A program made the translations under genes and the position numbers. A stretch of 63,655 bases of DNA, counting the filler, from Craspedostauros australis (lineage: Eukaryota): assembly GCA_030167865.1 (NCBI GenBank). It is 14 parts of 14 records of this genome, joined end to end, with 100 filler letters (N's around TTAATTAATTAA, not from the genome) between each part and the next. Parts side by side here need not be neighbours in the genome. Positions count along the whole stretch, not along the records: positions 58,904 to 62,322 come from JALAGF010005747.1; positions 62,423 to 63,655 come from JALAGF010005748.1; 12 more parts are not named here. One strand, given 5' to 3'. This document shows, one piece after another, positions 58,904 to 63,655 of the stretch. The notes beneath the pieces are model-generated. The model was not told where the DNA came from. It searched no databases and saw only the letters and a program-made list of their open reading frames with translations. Within the stretch, counting starts at the first letter, position 1. Every line of letters starts with the position of its first letter.

Positions 58904-61485
58904 ACTTGAGCTCTGAGAGCTGCTCCTGTTCCACCATGTCCAGCGCTGCCTCCTGGACCTTGTCGTGGCTGAAGTTGAAGATGGTGGGCTGTCTCGTTCT
59001 TGCTTTCCGCTTTGAGTGGGTGCTGGATTGGGTCTTGCTCGATGCGTTGGTTGCATCGATGTCTATCGCGTGGTCGTCGGCGACCTTGACACTGGCAGAT
59101 CGTTCCAGCAAGCCTTCGCGTTCGCAGGTGCGGAGCATCTTGCGGATCCCGCTGTTGGAGACGAAGCGACTGATACCGAACAGCTTGCGGACGAAAGCCG
59201 AATGGGCTGAGTGGATGGAGAGGCCGCGCATCACCACACAGATGGTTGAGTAGGAGAAGGATGCNCCCAGACATGCCGCGATGGGCAAGATCTGTCTGGC
59301 ATCCTGCACCTGATGCAGTTTGTTCTTCATGAGGTCGATGACGTTGCTGGTGAGTGGTGACTTGGCCTCCATCTCATCATTATTCCAGACCCATGCCCAT
59401 GTGGGTGTTGATACTGTCGATGGTGTTGATGGTGTCGATGCTGCGGTTGTTGCTGGCACGGGGGATGGTGGCGGAGTCGACCCTGTCGNNNNNNNNNNNN
59501 NNNNNNNNNNNNNNNNNNNNNNNNNNNNNNNNNNNNNNGTAGGAGAAGGATGCACCCAGACATGCCGCGATGGGCAAGATCTGTCTGGCATCCTGCACCT
59601 GATGCAGTTTGTTCTTCATGAGGTCGATGACGTTGCTGGTGAGTGGTGACTTGGCCTCCATCTCATCATTATTCCAGACCCATGCCCATGTGGGTGTTGA
59701 TACTGTCGATGGTGTTGATGGTGTCGATGCTGCGGTTGTTGCTGGCACGGGGGATGGTGGCGGAGTCGACCCTGTCGTTGTGGCCGGCTCGGGCATCAGC
59801 ATCGATGGATTGTACTGGAGCAATCGATCGTCGACCAACGAATGGAGGAATCGTTGCACGAAGAAGGGATTCCCGCCCGTCTTGTTGTGCACGATGTCTG
59901 CAAAGTGTGTCACGGCCTCATAGCGTTCATCGTGCGTTCCATCATCGCGGTTGCTGTGGTCAGCGGTGTTGCTGTGTGGGATGTCATCCTGGGGTTTGAG
60001 GAGACAGCACAGCAGTTCCTTGACGTGATCCAGCTCGAGGTCCTGGATGGGAAGCTTGATGATGCGGAGCGATCGCTCACGTTTGGATTCATCTAGCGCC
60101 AACAACGTGGTCTTGAGGATGCGATTCTCTTCCAGTAGATTGGATCGGTAACATCCGATGACCATCAGNNNNNNNNNNNNNNNNNNNNNNNNNNNNNNNN
60201 NNAGGATGTCCAGCGATGCCTTGTCGGCCCATTGGATGTCATCGATGACGAAGATGAGGGGACAGAAGTTGCAGATGATCTGGATCAACCTCCGCAGAGC
60301 GAACTTGAGCCGATCACCGTGGGCACGGTACCCGATTTGATCATTCCACGGTCTCGCTAGACTGTGTCTTCCAGACGTGCATGTGGATAGGCTGGCAATA
60401 GAAGCATCGCCCCTTGTGGCTGTTCCGAGAACGAGTGCATGCTGAATGCCATAGACGACCTGAGGGAGATCTGGGATGACAGCGGACAGCACCCTGATCT
60501 CTCCCTTGGTGAGGCCCTTGGTCAAGAGCTTCCGAAGGGCAGAAAGCCGTCGAGGATCGTCGAGAGCAGATGCTGTGTGTTGGTCAGCTCCTGGGGAGTG
60601 TGTTGAAGGAGTGCCGGGATGGCTGGTTGAAGAAAGGTTGTTACGTGCCCGTTCGCTTTCCAATGATGTGGAAAGGGCCTTGTCACCCATGTTGAGGGAC
60701 GACATGATGACTTTGGCGTGGATGTCTTCTTCGTCGCGAGGCAAGCATAGGATCTGGTTGCATAGATCCATCAATGCAGATTTGATCCCAGCGTACGGTT
60801 GCTCCGCATTCATCTTGGAGATCTCGCACTTGCCAGATATGAAGAAGCCGTGGAAGGGGTGGTGCAAATTGCTGCTGCTGTTGGCAGTGTCGGCGGCAGT
60901 AGTGGCATTGAGAATGTTGGCATTGTGTGCAGCCACGAACTTCTTGACTTGCATGGCAAGTGCAGTCTTTCCACTTCCCGAATGTCCCGAGATGAGGACG
61001 AGTGTTCTCTTGGATGATCGTACCGATTGCAACATCATCTCATCGTCGACGCTGGATGATGACTCTGTTGACGAGTCTGTTGCTGCTGATGTTGCTGCGT
61101 CCACTGGTTCATGAGAGCCACTGTGGTGCGGAGCCTTGTTACTCGACTCGCTATTGCTGTCAGAGGGTCGCCTTTCACGTTGCAGGCAAGTCATGCTGAA
61201 TGCGTGTCGCAGCATGCGGATCTCCTTGGTTCTGCCGATGAGACCGACTGCCTCGAAAGGTAATTCCTGATCATTCTGCTGAAGCAGGTTCTGTGAGTCA
61301 AATGGAGTGATGGCGGACGAAGCATCGTCGATCACGCTGACATCTTCCTGCGTAGACTGCCGCTTCAGCTGTGGCTTTGATGAGATGGCGTCGGCACCGT
61401 TGGCTATGCCATTGGCCACATCCTGTTGGATGGAGACACCGACGTTGTTGGTATCGGTGCGGCGTGAGATGGCTCCGGGCGTCAT
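58904..61485 (-). CDS. STAND-class P-loop NTPase (AAA_16-like, as in kinase-ATPase-histidine kinase and soluble adenylate cyclase proteins); C-terminus lost in gap
   Basis: LIGRTKE, ISGHSGSGKTAL (Walker A), FISGK, PYAGI, FVIDDIQWAD (Walker B), IGCYR, KTGGNPFF, AACLG, FSHDKVQEAA. Confidence 0.88.
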
Positions 61486-62422
61486 TGTCGGATTGCACAA
61501 TATCGTGATGTGTGATGCGGACTGTTGATGCAGCAGAGTACGAGGAACGGGAGAGGACGGGACTGTGTGCGTGTTTATGATCACACCCTGATTGTTTCGC
61601 CACGCCTCTTCTCGACGACTCACGCGTTGCACAAATACAGACGCAAACTGTTGGGGAACTTGGTTGTTTCGTGAGGGCTTTTTTCGGCTTGTGGTGTCGA
61701 ACGCATTTTCACGGTTGTTGGAATTGTGGGATCAAGAGTATCAAGGAACACTCCACAACATCCCGAATTAAGTAGTCAGGCTTTCTTGTTAACAACGACA
61801 GTAAATGACGCGCTGTGTTGGTCAGGCGGCATAATCACATAGACCGATTCATTGCTTCGTGAGCCATAGTAGAGGGGTTCGAGTGGCTATTTTTTGGCAT
61901 GGCCGGCGACCCCAGCCAATCAAATGTCTTATACTTTATCACTGCTACGAGCAAGCCATCCCATTGAAGGGTGAATTGAGGGGAGATTGAGTCAATTTTC
62001 CCGAGCTTTGTTGCGCTTGGGGTTCTCATTTGGAACCATGTGACGCAGACGATCTGTTCCCTGTCCGATCGATTCTCGTTGTGAACGCTGGCAGAGGCGG
62101 TGGGATTGCGTGGTTGGTTTCGCACGAGGAATTGTGGAACTTTGACACTTTCTCAGAAATCACGTATTGAACAAATTAAGTGTAATTATTTACATGCAGT
62201 ATCTCTGTTTGAGTATCTCGAGGTGACAAACTTTATTGTCGTAACAGAACGACGATTCCGACCGATACGTTCATGATATCGTTTCGATGGTACTATAGTG
62301 TGCTCAGTATTGTTGTCGTTTANNNNNNNNNNNNNNNNNNNNNNNNNNNNNNNNNNNNNNNNNNNNTTAATTAATTAANNNNNNNNNNNNNNNNNNNNNN
62401 NNNNNNNNNNNNNNNNNNNNNN

Positions 62423-63315
62423 AATTACGAACAGGTGCATGGGGAGCTTCCACGGACCTACACCAGTCCCATGGAACACAACGATGCCCCAGAGCTAGAC
62501 ACATCATGCGAACTAAACCCTGTAGAGACCAGACAGTTCCAATCACTCATCGGCGCCCTTCAATGGTGCATCACATTGGGACGGTTTGATATTGCTGCAG
62601 CTGTGATGACTTTGTCTAGATTCAGAACTCAACCCAGGATTGGTCACATGGACCGCGCTAAACGTGTGTATGGATACCTCCGAAAGCGTTCTGATGCCGC
62701 CATCAGGTTCAGAACAGGAATTCCAGATCACGAGCGCTACTTTGAGATCCCTGACCATGAATGGATGTACTCTGTGTATGGTGACGACGAAGAGGAAACC
62801 GCAGACGACGATCCAACACCCAAAGGCAAGGCGGTTCGTATGACGACGTTTGTAGATGCCAACCTCATGCACTGCAAAGTGACTGGCAAATCTGCAACTG
62901 GTGTTCTCCATCTGCTCAACCAGACACCCATGGAATGGTTCAGCAAGCGCCAGACTACAGTCGAGACTGCANNNNNNNNNNNNNNNNNNNNNNNNNNNNN
63001 NNNNNNNNNNNNNNNNNNNNNACCCATCGAATGGTTCAGCAAGCGCCAGACCACAGTCGAGACTGCAACCTATGGATCGGAATTCGTCGCGGCAAGGCAA
63101 GCAACTGAGCAAGTGATTGCGATGCGCCTCACTCTTCGTGCAATGGGAATTCCACTGGACGGACCTACCTGGATGTTCGGAGACAACCAGAGCGTGATCA
63201 CATCCTCCACCATCCCAAACAGTGTGTTGTCCAAACGACACAACGCATTGGCGTACCACCGCGTGCGTGCCGCAGTAGCTGCGAAGATCCTGCATTTCTG
63301 CAAGATAGACGGAAC
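62423..63315 (+). mobile_element. pol: Ty1/copia pol fragment: RT C-terminus and RNase H
   Basis: FQSLIGALQW..RFDI, FVDAN, WFSKRQTTVETATYGSEFVAAR, MFGDNQSV, KRHNALAYHRVR. Confidence 0.93.
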
Positions 63316-63655
63316 NNNNNNNNNNNNNNNNNNNNNNNNNNNNNNNNNNNNNNNNNNNNNNNNNNNNNNNNNNNNNNNNNNNNNNNNNNNNNNNNNNNNN
63401 NNNNNNNNNNNNNNNNNNNNNNNNNNNNNNNNNNNNNNNNNNNTGTCAACATCTAGATCGAAATTTAGGCTAACATCACACATGATTGGAACGTGATTCG
63501 ACTCGATTGATAGTATAGTCGAATGAGTCTTGATGATGCGAATGGTGTTCGGGTTCTATTGTCATCAGATGTGACGTAGGCACTGACATCAGAGAATGAC
63601 GTCAGAGGATCGTCGCTGAGATCCGAGGAATCAAGAATAAGTGATAGTCATGGTA

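Noticed and set aside
26423..62378. Regularly recurring TTAATTAATTAA, as a repeat array or piggyBac TTAA target sites; apparent clustering of many TEs and genes
   Set aside because: It is always embedded in N runs, so it is an artificial six-frame-stop linker. Neighbouring contigs are not truly adjacent, and no gene cluster can be inferred across them.
63490..63505. ACGTGATTCGA resembling part of a tRNA-Trp primer-binding site
   Set aside because: Short match, on the 3' side of RNase H beyond a gap, with no defined LTR boundary

Overview
Eukaryotic nuclear DNA, most likely from a diatom or related stramenopile (inferred from HA-domain, bipartite plastid-presequence, CoDi-like copia and Ambal-like LINE signatures). 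It is a draft pseudo-scaffold: 13 artificial N-TTAATTAATTAA-N linkers join unrelated contigs, and many 50-N gaps are flanked by duplicated overlaps, so adjacency across linkers means nothing. The first contig (1-26378) holds an HA-domain protein, a probable plastid protein, a 1590-aa kinase-C2H2-PP2C fusion, GDPD, frataxin, an aldo/keto reductase and the start of a copia element whose gag and protease are in one frame, separated by a single TGA. The later small contigs hold a secreted protein with 15 Myxococcus-type Cys-rich repeats, an alpha/beta hydrolase lacking its nucleophile Ser, an AT-hook/HMG-box gene, a pseudogene, a FAAL-type adenylation gene and a STAND NTPase. They also hold many TE fragments: copia, Ambal-like LINEs, Harbinger-like and Sola3-like. 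The most unusual item is an intron-containing piggyBac-like transposase fused to a YqaJ/lambda-exonuclease-type nuclease (35288-38056). All calls come from motif recognition by eye; no searches were run.
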